Source: a bacterium (Candidatus Gribaldobacteria) CG10_big_fil_rev_8_21_14_0_10_37_21
Lineage (GTDB): Bacteria > Patescibacteriota > Minisyncoccia > Minisyncoccales > CG1-02-41-26
DNA length: 39,300 nucleotides
Assembly (NCBI GenBank): GCA_002773495.1
Contig: PFAX01000037.1
Location: 1 to 39,300, forward strand
Direction: 5' to 3'
Shown here one piece after another: positions 27,187 to 36,828 of the stretch. Every line of letters begins with the position of its first letter. The stretch's first letter is position 1. The notes beneath the pieces are model-generated. The model did no database searches, had not been told where the DNA came from, and saw nothing but the letters and a program-made list of their open reading frames with translations. The position numbers and the translations under genes were made by a program.

Positions 27187-28023
27187 ATGTCAGCTAATTT
27201 TTTAAAAACAATTTTTCAAGCAAAAAAACGGGCTAATTTAGAAAAAGCTTTTCCTGAAATTAATCTAAAACAAAAAAAACCCGTAATAGCAGAAAGTATT
27301 GCTTTGTTAGAAAGGCAAAGAGAAAAGTTTATTGAAGGCCTTAAAACAGAATTTGTCTCTATTGCCGCCCATCAATTAAGGACGCCCCTTTCAGCTATTA
27401 AATGGATTATTCGAATGCTTCTTGACGAGGATTTGGGCCCCCTTAACAAAGACCAAAAAGATTATTTAACAAAGGCCTATATTAATAACGAAAGAATGGT
27501 TGAATTGATTAACGACTTGCTTAATGTAAGCAAAATAGAAGAAGGAAGGTTCTTAAACAAGCCAACCAAAGAAAGTTTATCTAAGATCATCGAAGAGGCC
27601 CTATCTTTATGGGTAGGTTCAGCTAAAAGAAAAGGTCTTATTTTGACTTTTCAAAAGTCGAAAGGCAGAAGCCCCGCTGTTTTAGTAGATAAAGAAAAAA
27701 TTATTTTGGTTTTGCATAATTTAATTGAGAATAGCATAAAATATTCTAACTATGGGGAAATTATCATAAAAATTGATTTTGAAAAAGAAAATCATCGCTT
27801 TATCGTTTCTGTTAAAGATGGTGGCGAGGGTATCCCCAAAGAAGAACAAGAAAAGGTTTTTACTCGTTTTTTCAGAGCAAGCAATGCTTCTAAAATAGAT
27901 ACCGAAGGCACTGGCTTGGGGCTGTATATTGCCAAACACATTATTCAATCCCACGGAGGCAAAATTTGGTTTGAATCAGAAGAGGGCAAAGGCACAACCT
28001 TTTACTTTACCTTGTCCGCTTAA
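27187..28023 (+). CDS. Histidine kinase (HisKA + HATPase), no evident sensor or TM
   Basis: AHQLRTPL, NLIENSIKY, DGGEGI, GTGLGL; ATG 27187 chosen to avoid overlap with polA. Confidence 0.92.
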   Translation: MSANFLKTIFQAKKRANLEKAFPEINLKQKKPVIAESIALLERQREKFIEGLKTEFVSIAAHQLRTPLSAIKWIIRMLLDEDLGPLNKDQKDYLTKAYINNERMVELINDLLNVSKIEEGRFLNKPTKESLSKIIEEALSLWVGSAKRKGLILTFQKSKGRSPAVLVDKEKIILVLHNLIENSIKYSNYGEIIIKIDFEKENHRFIVSVKDGGEGIPKEEQEKVFTRFFRASNASKIDTEGTGLGLYIAKHIIQSHGGKIWFESEEGKGTTFYFTLSA

Positions 28024-28074
28024 TCACTCTATTGCTTATCTTAAAGGTCGTATTTATTTTAATGTTTAAAAATA

Positions 28075-28452
28075 ATGTCAAAAATATTAACCATAGAAGA
28101 TGACAAGTTTTTAAGAGAGCTTATTAAAAGAAAATTGCAAGAAGTCGGCTTTGAAGCTACCTCTGCCTCTAATGGAGAAGAGGGGCTCGCTTTAGTTAAA
28201 GAAGAAAAACCTGATTTAATTTTACTTGATTTGATAATGCCAGACATGGACGGCTTTATGACCTTAAAAGAGTTGCAAAAAGACCATCTTTTAGCTTCTA
28301 TTCCAGTTATTATCCTTTCTAATCTTGGCCAGCAAGACGATATTGACAAAGCCAAGCAACTTGGGGCAGTGGATTTCTTAGTGAAAGCGCACTTCACGCC
28401 TAATGAAATAATTGATAAGATTAATAAAATTCTTAATAAAAAGGAAAGTTAA
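28075..28452 (+). CDS. Single-domain response regulator (receiver only)
   Basis: IEDD, LLDLIMPDMDG, ILSN, FLVK. Confidence 0.95.
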   Translation: MSKILTIEDDKFLRELIKRKLQEVGFEATSASNGEEGLALVKEEKPDLILLDLIMPDMDGFMTLKELQKDHLLASIPVIILSNLGQQDDIDKAKQLGAVDFLVKAHFTPNEIIDKINKILNKKES

Positions 28453-28461
28453 AGGTAAGGT

Positions 28462-29199
28462 ATGCCAGAACTTCCAGAAGTAGAAACAATTAAAAGGCAA
28501 CTTTCCAAAAAAATTATTGGCAAAAAGCTTGAAGGTAAGCTAATAACCAACGTTTCGAGAAGGGGAAAAATGCTCCTCATTAACTTTTCTAATCAAGAAA
28601 GCTTAGTTTTTCATTTAAAAATGACAGGCCAACTTATTTTTAATGGGAAGAAAACAAAGCATACTCGACAAATTTTTCAGTTTGAGGACAAATCTTTTTT
28701 AACTTTTAATGATTTGCGTAAATTTGGCTGGTTTAAAAAAGTAAAAGATGTAGAAAACCTTAAAGAGATAAAGCAATTAGGTCCTGACGCTCTTTCTGTC
28801 AACGAGAGAATATTTCAAGAACGCCTTTTAAAAAGAAAGCAAGCTAAAATAAAACCACTTTTATTGGATCAAAAGTTTATTTCAGGAATCGGCAATATTT
28901 ACGCTGACGAGATACTGTTCAAGGCAAAAATAAACCCGCAAAGAGAAGTAGCCAACTTAAGCCCTTCTAAAATTACAGCCCTTTATAAAGCGATAGAAAG
29001 CATTTTAACTAAAGCTGTTAAAGAAAGAGGGTCTTCTTCAAAAGATTATCTTGACACTTTTGGTGATAAAGGAAATTATTTAGCTTTCCATAAGGTGTAT
29101 CAAAAAACAAACCAGCCCTGTCCTATTTGTAAAACACCCATTCAAAGAATTGAAATTAGTCAGCGGTCTTCCCATTTTTGCCCTAAGTGCCAAGTTTAA
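28462..29199 (+). CDS. mutM: Formamidopyrimidine-DNA glycosylase
   Basis: MPELPEVE, RRGK, HLKMTG, GIGNIYADE, zinc finger CPIC/CPKCQ. Confidence 0.97.
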   Translation: MPELPEVETIKRQLSKKIIGKKLEGKLITNVSRRGKMLLINFSNQESLVFHLKMTGQLIFNGKKTKHTRQIFQFEDKSFLTFNDLRKFGWFKKVKDVENLKEIKQLGPDALSVNERIFQERLLKRKQAKIKPLLLDQKFISGIGNIYADEILFKAKINPQREVANLSPSKITALYKAIESILTKAVKERGSSSKDYLDTFGDKGNYLAFHKVYQKTNQPCPICKTPIQRIEISQRSSHFCPKCQV

Positions 29200-29202
29200 T
29201 TT

Positions 29203-30117
29203 ATGCTTTATTTTCTATATGGTAAAGACAATTTTCGCTTGTTTTTAAGAGAAAAAGAAATCAAAAAACAGGCCTTAGCAACGAATCCTGCCTTAAAAGA
29301 AGAGGCAGTTTTGGACTTAACCTTAAATCAAGCCGAGACCTTTTGGAACCTGCTAAATCAGCAATCAATTTTCGCATCAAATAAAATTATTGTTTTAAGA
29401 AATGTTTTAGAAAACGAAAATTTCAAAAAACAATTGCTTAAAAAAATAGAAGAACTCTCTTTTTTAAAGGATATTATTATTTTAAGCCAGCTTAACGAAG
29501 CAAAGCCAAGCGAAAGCTTATTGAAAAAATTAGGAAAAGCAGGAGTAAAAGTAGAGGAGTTCTCTTTTTTAGAAGGCCCAGCACTTGATTCTTGGATAAA
29601 AAAAGAAGCCCTTTTTTTAGGGGCTAGCATTGATAGCTTTTCAATTAATTCTTTAATAAGTTTTTGTTCCGCTGATTTATTTTGCCTTTCTTCTGAAATT
29701 AAGAAATTAGCTTGTTTTTCTGACAAAATTAACAAAGAAGCCCTAAAAACGCTTTCCTTTCAAAAACAAGAGATTAACATTTTTGAAACAATTGATAGTT
29801 TAGCTCAAAAAAACAAGCAGAAAGCCCTGACTCTCTTACAAAAACATCTTAATAAAGGGGAAAGCCCCCTTTATTTGCTTTCTATGTTTGCTTACCAAAT
29901 GCGTAACTTGATTTTAGTTAAGCAATTTTTTTCCTTGGGCGCTTTTAAATTAGGGATAAACCCTTTTGTTTTTAGAAAGTTAGCTCTTTTAAGGGATAAT
30001 TTTTCTTTTGATGAATTAAAGAAGTTTTTCTTTACCCTTTTTGAGGTTGATTATAAAATAAAAACAGGCAAAATATTGCCTGAACAAGCATTGTTTGACT
30101 TAATTAGTTTAGTTTAA
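29203..30117 (+). CDS. holA: DNA polymerase III delta subunit
   Basis: YFLYGKD, SIFA..KIIV, SEIKKL, DYKIKTG; convergent with rpsT, a common arrangement. Confidence 0.88.
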   Translation: MLYFLYGKDNFRLFLREKEIKKQALATNPALKEEAVLDLTLNQAETFWNLLNQQSIFASNKIIVLRNVLENENFKKQLLKKIEELSFLKDIIILSQLNEAKPSESLLKKLGKAGVKVEEFSFLEGPALDSWIKKEALFLGASIDSFSINSLISFCSADLFCLSSEIKKLACFSDKINKEALKTLSFQKQEINIFETIDSLAQKNKQKALTLLQKHLNKGESPLYLLSMFAYQMRNLILVKQFFSLGAFKLGINPFVFRKLALLRDNFSFDELKKFFFTLFEVDYKIKTGKILPEQALFDLISLV

Positions 30118-30371
30118 GCTTTTAAGGCCTTGCTAATTCGTGATTTTTTTCTTGAGGCCTTATTTTTTTTGATTAAATTAGTTTTAGTGGCCTTATCAAG
30201 CGCTTTATAAATTGAAGGCAAAAGTTTTTTAGCTTCTTCTTTTTTGCCTTCTTTAATCAAAATCTGAGCTTCTTTAAGAAGCTTTTTTAACTTATTGCCC
30301 TGCCCGATATTATGCTTTCTTTTTGTTTTAGAACTGCGTAGAGCTTTTTTAGCTGATGTTGTAATAGCCAT
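30114..30371 (-). CDS. rpsT: 30S ribosomal protein S20
   Basis: MAITTSAKKALR..DKATK..IKKNKASRKKSRI. Confidence 0.96.
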   Translation of the reverse strand: MAITTSAKKALRSSKTKRKHNIGQGNKLKKLLKEAQILIKEGKKEEAKKLLPSIYKALDKATKTNLIKKNKASRKKSRISKALKA

Positions 30372-30399
30372 ATTCTCTTATAAGTAAATAATAGCAAAG

Positions 30400-32359
30400 T
30401 TATTTTATTTTTGCAAGCCTTTTCTTAATTTCCGCCACTCTTTCAAAGTCAAAGTTTTTGGCGGCTATTTCCATTTCTTTTTTCAAGAGCTTTACATCAT
30501 TAACAGAACCAAACTCAGACAGAATACCACTCTCCTTTTTGTTAAGGCCCCAGGTTTGGATTGTTTTGTTTATGGCCTGCGGGGTTATTTTATGTTTTTT
30601 GTTATAAGCAATCTGGACCTCTCTCCTGCGGTTAATTTCTTCTGTGGCTGTTTTTATTGAAAGCGTTTTTTTGTGAGCGTAGAGAATGCAGTGGCCTTCA
30701 AGATGTCGAGCAGCCATTCCCATTGTTTGTACAAGTGTTGTTTTGTTCCTTAAAAACCCTTCTTTGTCAGCATCTAAAATACCAATTAAAGACACTTCAG
30801 GTAAATCAAGCCCCTCTCTTAAAAGGTTTACCCCAACTAAAACATCAAATTTGCCTTCTCTTAATTGCTGTAAAATAAGGGGCCTTTCTAAGGTTTTAAT
30901 ATCAGAATGTAGGTACTGAGCATTAATGCCCTCTTCTTTTAAGAAAGCAGACAACTCTTCAGCCATTTTTTTAGTTAAAGTAATGGCTAATGTCCTTTGG
31001 TTTTTTTCTCTCCTTTTTTTAATTTCTTTAATTAGGTCTTTTACTTGGTTGTTGATTGGCCTAATTTCAACACTTGGCTCTAAGAGCCCTGTTGGCCTAA
31101 CCAGCTGTTCTATAATGCCATTTGCCTTTTGCTTTTTGCTATTTCGTGTGGCCCGGGGGTGGCTGAAGAATAAATAACTTGCCCTACTTTATTTTCAAAT
31201 TCTTCAAAACTTAAAGGTCGATTGTCTCTGGCTGTTGGCAAGCGAAAACCATGTTCAATTAAAACATTTTTTCTGGCTTTATCCGTGTTATACATAGCGT
31301 GAAGTTGGGGGATGGCGATATGTGTCTCGTCAATAATAGTTAGAAATCTTTTATCAATCTTTTTTAAATAATCTAAAAGAGTAAAAGGGGGCACCCCTTG
31401 TTTTCTAAACTCTAAATGTGAAGAATAATTCTCAATTCCAGAACAAACTCCTGTTTCTTGCATCATCTCAAGGTCATAGTTTGTTCTTTGAGTTAAACAT
31501 CGGGCCTCTAAAAGTTTACCTTTTTTTTCGAGAAAAGCTACTTGCTTGGATAGTTCAGTTTTTATATTTTTTAAAGCTATTTTCATTTTTGTTTCCTCTG
31601 TTACCCAAAAATTAGCTGGAAACAGGGTGTAGTTAGTAGTCCTGCCTGTCGGTAGGCAGGTTGGTAGTTGGTAGAGGGGGAGTCCTTAGAAAAAGATATT
31701 TTTTCAATTTGGTTACCGGCAAGCTCAATTTTTAAGATTTGCTCTCCCGTTATCAGGTTTATTTCAACCAAGTCGCCACGAACCCTAAATGCACCGGGTT
31801 TAAAATCAATGTCATTTCTTTGATATTGCAAATCAACCAAATGGCCTAAAAAGTCCTTCCTTTTTATCTTTTGTCCAATCCTTATTTTTTAAGACACTTT
31901 TTGATAGTTTTCTGGGTTACCCAAGCCATAAATACAAGAAACAGAAGCTACCACAATAACATCTTTCTTTTGAGAAAGGTCTTGCAAAGTTGAATGCCTT
32001 AAGTGGTTAATTTGTTCATTTATTTTTGCGTCTTTTTCAATATAGGTGTCAGTTTGAGGAAGGTAGGCCTCGGGCTGGTAGTAGTCGTAGTAAGAAACAA
32101 AATAATGAACAGCATTTTCTGGGAAGAAGTCCTTAAACTCTTGGTAAAGCTGGGCGGCTAAGGTTTTATTAGGGGAGATAATCAACGTTGGCCTTTGCAC
32201 TTTTTCAATAACATTAGCTATCGAAAATGTTTTACCCGAGCCCGTAACTCCAAGCAAAACATTGTGCCGGCTTCCCGCCAGAATGTTTGTTGTCAGTTTT
32301 TTTATTGCCTGGGGTTGATCCCCTGTTGGCTTGAATTTTGCTTGTAGTTTAAACTCCAT
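30400..32359 (-). pseudogene. uvrB: uvrB disrupted by one in-frame stop and two frameshifts
   Basis: [54 protein letters not shown] spread over four fragments; TAA at 31889-31891; frameshifts near 31630 and 31125. Confidence 0.9.
31641..31660. repeat. 20-bp palindrome copy 3, inside uvrB
   Basis: CCTGCCTGTCGGTAGGCAGG between GTAG heptamers; reads PAYRQAG in the uvrB frame. Confidence 0.85.
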
Positions 32360-32419
32360 GAATCCATCTTAGCACACCTTTCCTTTAATTTTTAGGGTTT
32401 TTTTGTTATACTAAATAAA

Positions 32420-32980
32420 ATGATTGCATATTTACAAGGGAAAATTATTTTAAAAACTAAAGAATCAGCTATTTTGGAGGTTAATAGTGTTGGCTATGAA
32501 GTTTGGTTAGCTGAAAAATCTTTAGAAAAAGTCCCTGAAAAGGGGCAGGATTTTAATTTTTATTGCCAGTTAGAGGCGAACGAGCGGGGCGTTAAGCTTT
32601 ATGGCTTTCTAACCCATGATCAGTTAGAACTATTTAAAGTCATCAGGGGGATTACAGGTATTGGCCCCAAGGCGGCTTTGCAGATTTCTTCTTTAGGGTC
32701 ATTAGAGGAAATAAAAAAGATTATTGAAGAGGGCAAAGCAATCCCAGGGATTGGCCCTAAAAAGGCCTCCAAGATTGTTTTAGAATTATCAGGTAAAATC
32801 AGCCAACAAAACAAAAGCAAGGTTAAAAAGAATGAGTTTGAAAATGATGAAACTTATTTAGCTTTAATTGGCTTGGGCTTTACTAAAGAACAAGCCCTAA
32901 GTGCTATAGCCCAGTTGCCCAAAGAAATAACTAGTATCCAGGAGAAAATCAAACAAGCCCTAAAGGCGCTAAAGCAGTAA
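32420..32980 (+). CDS. ruvA: Holliday junction DNA-binding protein RuvA
   Basis: MIAYLQG, VGYEV, LYGF, GIGPKAAL, IPGIGPKKA, ALIGLGF. Confidence 0.96.
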   Translation: MIAYLQGKIILKTKESAILEVNSVGYEVWLAEKSLEKVPEKGQDFNFYCQLEANERGVKLYGFLTHDQLELFKVIRGITGIGPKAALQISSLGSLEEIKKIIEEGKAIPGIGPKKASKIVLELSGKISQQNKSKVKKNEFENDETYLALIGLGFTKEQALSAIAQLPKEITSIQEKIKQALKALKQ

Positions 32981-33000
32981 AGGAATAAATTTGGAACCCT

Positions 33001-34380
33001 ATGTTTTCTTTTAAAGGAATTGTTAGAAAAATAACGCCTAAGTTCATAATGAGCGGGTATCACCTTTTCCTCGCCTTTTTGGCTGCTTTAAGGTATGGCT
33101 TCCCAGGGAGGAAAATGGTTGTAATTGGTATAACGGGCACAAATGGTAAGTCAACTACCCTTGACTTGGCTCACCGAGTTTTAGAGCAAACAGGTAGCGG
33201 GGTAGCATCTTGTTCTTCGGTTCGGTTTAAAATAAACGAAACCGAATGGCCGAATATGTTAAAAATGACAATGCCAGGTAGGTTTTTTTTGCAACAGTTT
33301 TTAAAAAGAGCAAATAAAGCTAAGTGTAAATATGTCATCATAGAAGTTACTTCTGAGGGTATTTTACAACACAGGAATAAATTCATTGATTTTGATATTG
33401 CCATTTTCACTAATTTATCTGAAGAACACATTGAACGGCACGGTTCTTTTGAAAAATATAGAGAGGCCAAGGCCAAGTTTTTCAAGCAAGTTAAGGGTTT
33501 GCATATAGTTAATATGGACGACGAACACGCCCCTTATTTTTTACAAATTGTTTCAAAAGAAAAAATTGGTTATACATTTAAACATAGAAATAGTTTTTCA
33601 GGCAAATTGGTCTCTGCTTTTAAGGTTAAGGATTTATTTAAAGGTGTTTCTTTCCAAGTGGGCAATGTTATTTTTGAGCTTAACCTTTTAGGTCAGTTTA
33701 ATGTCTATAATGCTTTAGGCGCTATTTGTTTAGGGCTTTCCCAAGGGCTTTCTTTAGAGCAGTGTGAAAAGGCCTTAGAAACAGCTGAAGGTATTCCGGG
33801 GCGAATGGAAACAATTTACTTAGGCCCTTTTAAAGCAGTGGTTGATTACGCCTTTACCCCAAACGCCCTTAAACAAGTGTATAAAACACTTGCTGCTAAG
33901 AGCAAAGAGCAAATGGCGAATAGATTGGTTTGTGTTCTTGGGGCTTGTGGTGGGGGCAGGGATAAATGGAAGAGGCCGGTTTTAGGTGGAATAGCAAAAG
34001 AGTACTGCGAGCAGATTATTGTAACCAACGAAGACCCATATGATGAGCCCCCCGAAGAGATTATAGACCAAGTGGTTCAGGGGGCAGGTCCAAAAGCCCT
34101 TAAGATTATTGACCGAAGAGAAGCCATAAATAAAGCACTTTCTCTTGCAAAACAGGGAGATATTGTTATAATAACTGGCAAGGGTTGTGAACCCTGGATT
34201 TGCGTTGAAAACGGCAAGAAAATTGCTTGGGATGATCGCCAGGTCGTCAAAGAAGAGGCCAAAGACCTGGGCATTGCTTTAGCCCCTGAAGTTCCCGAAA
34301 AAGTAGTTCCTCAAGGTGAAAAAGCACTTATCAGCGAAATGAAGCGTTTGCAAAGGTTCAAAGATCCAAAATGGCACTAA
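33001..34380 (+). CDS. murE: Mur ligase, MurE-like
   Basis: GITGTNGKSTT, IEVTS, FTNLSEEH, PGRME, VDYAFTP, GGGRDKWKRP, EDP, ITGKG. Confidence 0.88.
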   Translation: MFSFKGIVRKITPKFIMSGYHLFLAFLAALRYGFPGRKMVVIGITGTNGKSTTLDLAHRVLEQTGSGVASCSSVRFKINETEWPNMLKMTMPGRFFLQQFLKRANKAKCKYVIIEVTSEGILQHRNKFIDFDIAIFTNLSEEHIERHGSFEKYREAKAKFFKQVKGLHIVNMDDEHAPYFLQIVSKEKIGYTFKHRNSFSGKLVSAFKVKDLFKGVSFQVGNVIFELNLLGQFNVYNALGAICLGLSQGLSLEQCEKALETAEGIPGRMETIYLGPFKAVVDYAFTPNALKQVYKTLAAKSKEQMANRLVCVLGACGGGRDKWKRPVLGGIAKEYCEQIIVTNEDPYDEPPEEIIDQVVQGAGPKALKIIDRREAINKALSLAKQGDIVIITGKGCEPWICVENGKKIAWDDRQVVKEEAKDLGIALAPEVPEKVVPQGEKALISEMKRLQRFKDPKWH

Positions 34381-34421
34381 AATAGCTAATAGCATAAAGC
34401 AAATAACTAATAATAAAAAAA

Positions 34422-35378
34422 ATGACAACCCAAGATATTTTTAATTTAGCTCTTAAAATGGCAATGAAAGCTGATTTAAGGGGTGAGGCCTCTCTGAAAA
34501 AACTTTTAGAGAGAAAAAAAGCAAGGTATGAAAAACTTGACTCAAAAGCCAAAGAAGATTTTGATTTAGAGGCGTTAGATAATCCCTATCTTGATTCAAG
34601 GGTGTTGTTCCTTAATCAGGGGGCAGAAAATAAAGAAATTAAAAAAGTGATGTTAGGCATTGACATCACCCCATCTGAACTTTTGATTGCCAAGCAAATT
34701 GTCGCAGCTGACTTGGTTATATCTCACCACCCCTTAGGCAAGGGATTGGCTAACTTAGCTGATGTAATGCATTTGCAGGCCGAGGTGCTGGCCTTATATG
34801 GGGTGCCTATCAACATTGCTGAAGGTCTGATGAAAGAAAGAATTTCAGAGGTTTCAAGGGGGGTTAATTCAGCCAATCATCAAAGAACAGTTGATGCAGC
34901 TAAATTACTGAAGATAAATCTAATTTGTTTGCATACGGTTTTAGATAATTTGGCCGCGCGATTTTTAAAAGAAAAGATTGAAGCTGAAAAAGACATTGAA
35001 ACCGTAGGAGAATTAGTTTCTTTTTTAAATGAAATTCCTGAATACAAAGAGGCCAACAAAATTGGCGCTGGTCCTAAAGTATTTGCTGGCTCTGAAGAAA
35101 GAAAAACAGGCAAGATAGCGATAACTGAAATAACCGGTGGCACCGAAGGAAGTTCTAAATTATATGAAAAAATGGCTCAAGCAGGCATTGGCACTGTTAT
35201 TGGTATGCACCAATCAGAAGAGCATAGAAAAGAGGCCGAAAAAGCCAATGTCAATGTGGTTATCGCTGGGCATATGTCTTCTGACTCGATTGGTTGCAAT
35301 TTATTTTTAGATAAATTAGAAAAACAGGGCTTAGAGATTATCCCTTGCTCTGGTTTAATAAGATTTTCAAGAAATTAA
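34422..35378 (+). CDS. NIF3-like (NGG1p-interacting factor 3) metal-binding protein
   Basis: GIDI, ISHHP, HTVLDN, TGGTEG, GMH, IAGHMSSDSIG. Confidence 0.8.
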   Translation: MTTQDIFNLALKMAMKADLRGEASLKKLLERKKARYEKLDSKAKEDFDLEALDNPYLDSRVLFLNQGAENKEIKKVMLGIDITPSELLIAKQIVAADLVISHHPLGKGLANLADVMHLQAEVLALYGVPINIAEGLMKERISEVSRGVNSANHQRTVDAAKLLKINLICLHTVLDNLAARFLKEKIEAEKDIETVGELVSFLNEIPEYKEANKIGAGPKVFAGSEERKTGKIAITEITGGTEGSSKLYEKMAQAGIGTVIGMHQSEEHRKEAEKANVNVVIAGHMSSDSIGCNLFLDKLEKQGLEIIPCSGLIRFSRN

Positions 35379-35382
35379 ATCA

Positions 35383-36792
35383 ATGCTGTTTTTTACAAAG
35401 AAAAAACTTATTTTAGTTTTTAGTTTTTTAGTTCTGCTTTTAGCAGGGCTATCTTTTTCTTATTTTTTAGTTAAAGGACAAGGTAATTTTTTAAAGAAAA
35501 CAACTAAAAATGTTTTAGATCTTTCTTTTTTAGCTGATTTAGCCCTTGAACACAAAGCCCAAGAACAAAAGAATGATTTTTCAGAAAAAAGAACTATTTT
35601 GCCTGACTTCTCCTCTTTTAGAAATGTTTTACAAGAAAATAAAGCGGATTTTATAGAAGCGAACTTAGAAGAGATGAAAATAACCCTTTATCAAAAGGGC
35701 GAAAAGCAACAAGAGGCCAATATTTTAAAAAGAGGTGATGAGTATGCTTGGGGAGGCACGGCCGCTGGTATCTATCAGATTAGCTCTGGCTATCAAACCG
35801 CTTTTTCAGCTATAGCTGAGGTTTATATGCCTTATGCGATGAATTTTTATGGCAAATACTATCTCCATGGCGGACCCTATTATCCGTCAGGGGCTAAAAT
35901 GATCTCCGAGGCATCAGGCGGTTGTTTGCAGGTTAAAGACGACATCGCCAAAGAATTCTTTGAAAAAGCTGAATTAAAAATGCCTTTTTTAGTGATTGAC
36001 AAAAAAAATGATAATTTTGTTTACCCTAAAACAGAAATTGTTGTGCCAACGATTACTTCAGGCAGTTTTTTAGTTGCTGACCTTGATTCAGGAGAAATAT
36101 TTGCAGAGCAAAGTTCCCAAGAGCGAAAGCAAATTGCCTCAATTACAAAATTAATGACAGCTATTGTTGTCTCAGAAAATATTGATTTAAGAAAAGAAAT
36201 AGTTGTTCAGGACTATATGCTCAACCAGGGCTTTGGGGAAACCGAATCAATTAAAGTAGGCGATTATTTAGATGTGGTTGACCTTTTTTATCCCCTTTTA
36301 ATTGAATCGTCTAACGACTCAGCTGAAGTTTTAGCTGGCTTTTTAGGCAGAAACAGAACAATTAATCTTATGAATGAAAAAACCAAGGCGATTTTGATGC
36401 CAAACACTATTTTTGCTTGCCCTTCGGGATATTCAGAAGGAAATATTTCAACTGCTCGCGACTTGTTTTATTTAGCGAGGTATGTTTTAAAAAATAGGCC
36501 ACTTTTATTTGATATTTCTAAAAGCAAAGAGGTGCCCGGTTTTGGGAAAATGAGTTTTGACACAAGCATGTTTTGGAATAAGAATGTTTTTTCAGAGGAC
36601 GAGACCTTTGTTGGCGGTAAAACCGGCTATATTAAGACCTCAGGTTACAACGGTTTGTTTGTTTTTAGGTTCACCACAAAAGAAGGCGAAGAGAGAAACA
36701 TCGTTTTTATTTTACTTGGCACGCCCCATTTAGATGAGGTAAAATTCAATACACAGAAGCTGTATATTTGGTTGCAAAACAATTTCTTTTGA
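35383..36792 (+). CDS. Fusion of YkuD-like L,D-transpeptidase and S11 D-Ala-D-Ala carboxypeptidase, N-terminal membrane anchor
   Basis: MPYAMNF..YLHG...ASGGCLQV (LDT); ASITKLMT, SSND, GKTGY (S11). Confidence 0.8.
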   Translation: MLFFTKKKLILVFSFLVLLLAGLSFSYFLVKGQGNFLKKTTKNVLDLSFLADLALEHKAQEQKNDFSEKRTILPDFSSFRNVLQENKADFIEANLEEMKITLYQKGEKQQEANILKRGDEYAWGGTAAGIYQISSGYQTAFSAIAEVYMPYAMNFYGKYYLHGGPYYPSGAKMISEASGGCLQVKDDIAKEFFEKAELKMPFLVIDKKNDNFVYPKTEIVVPTITSGSFLVADLDSGEIFAEQSSQERKQIASITKLMTAIVVSENIDLRKEIVVQDYMLNQGFGETESIKVGDYLDVVDLFYPLLIESSNDSAEVLAGFLGRNRTINLMNEKTKAILMPNTIFACPSGYSEGNISTARDLFYLARYVLKNRPLLFDISKSKEVPGFGKMSFDTSMFWNKNVFSEDETFVGGKTGYIKTSGYNGLFVFRFTTKEGEERNIVFILLGTPHLDEVKFNTQKLYIWLQNNFF

Positions 36793-36828
36793 AAGGAGAC
36801 ACAAAATGGACCCCCTTTTCTTTATCAC

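Noticed and set aside
31889..31891. Stop-codon reassignment explaining the uvrB break
   Set aside because: The stop is TAA, which ends many genes here; TGA also serves as a stop (dnaA), so code 25 does not apply.
30400..32359. Functional split uvrB or programmed frameshifting
   Set aside because: Needs one readthrough plus two shifts, and a motif VI arginine is also lost.
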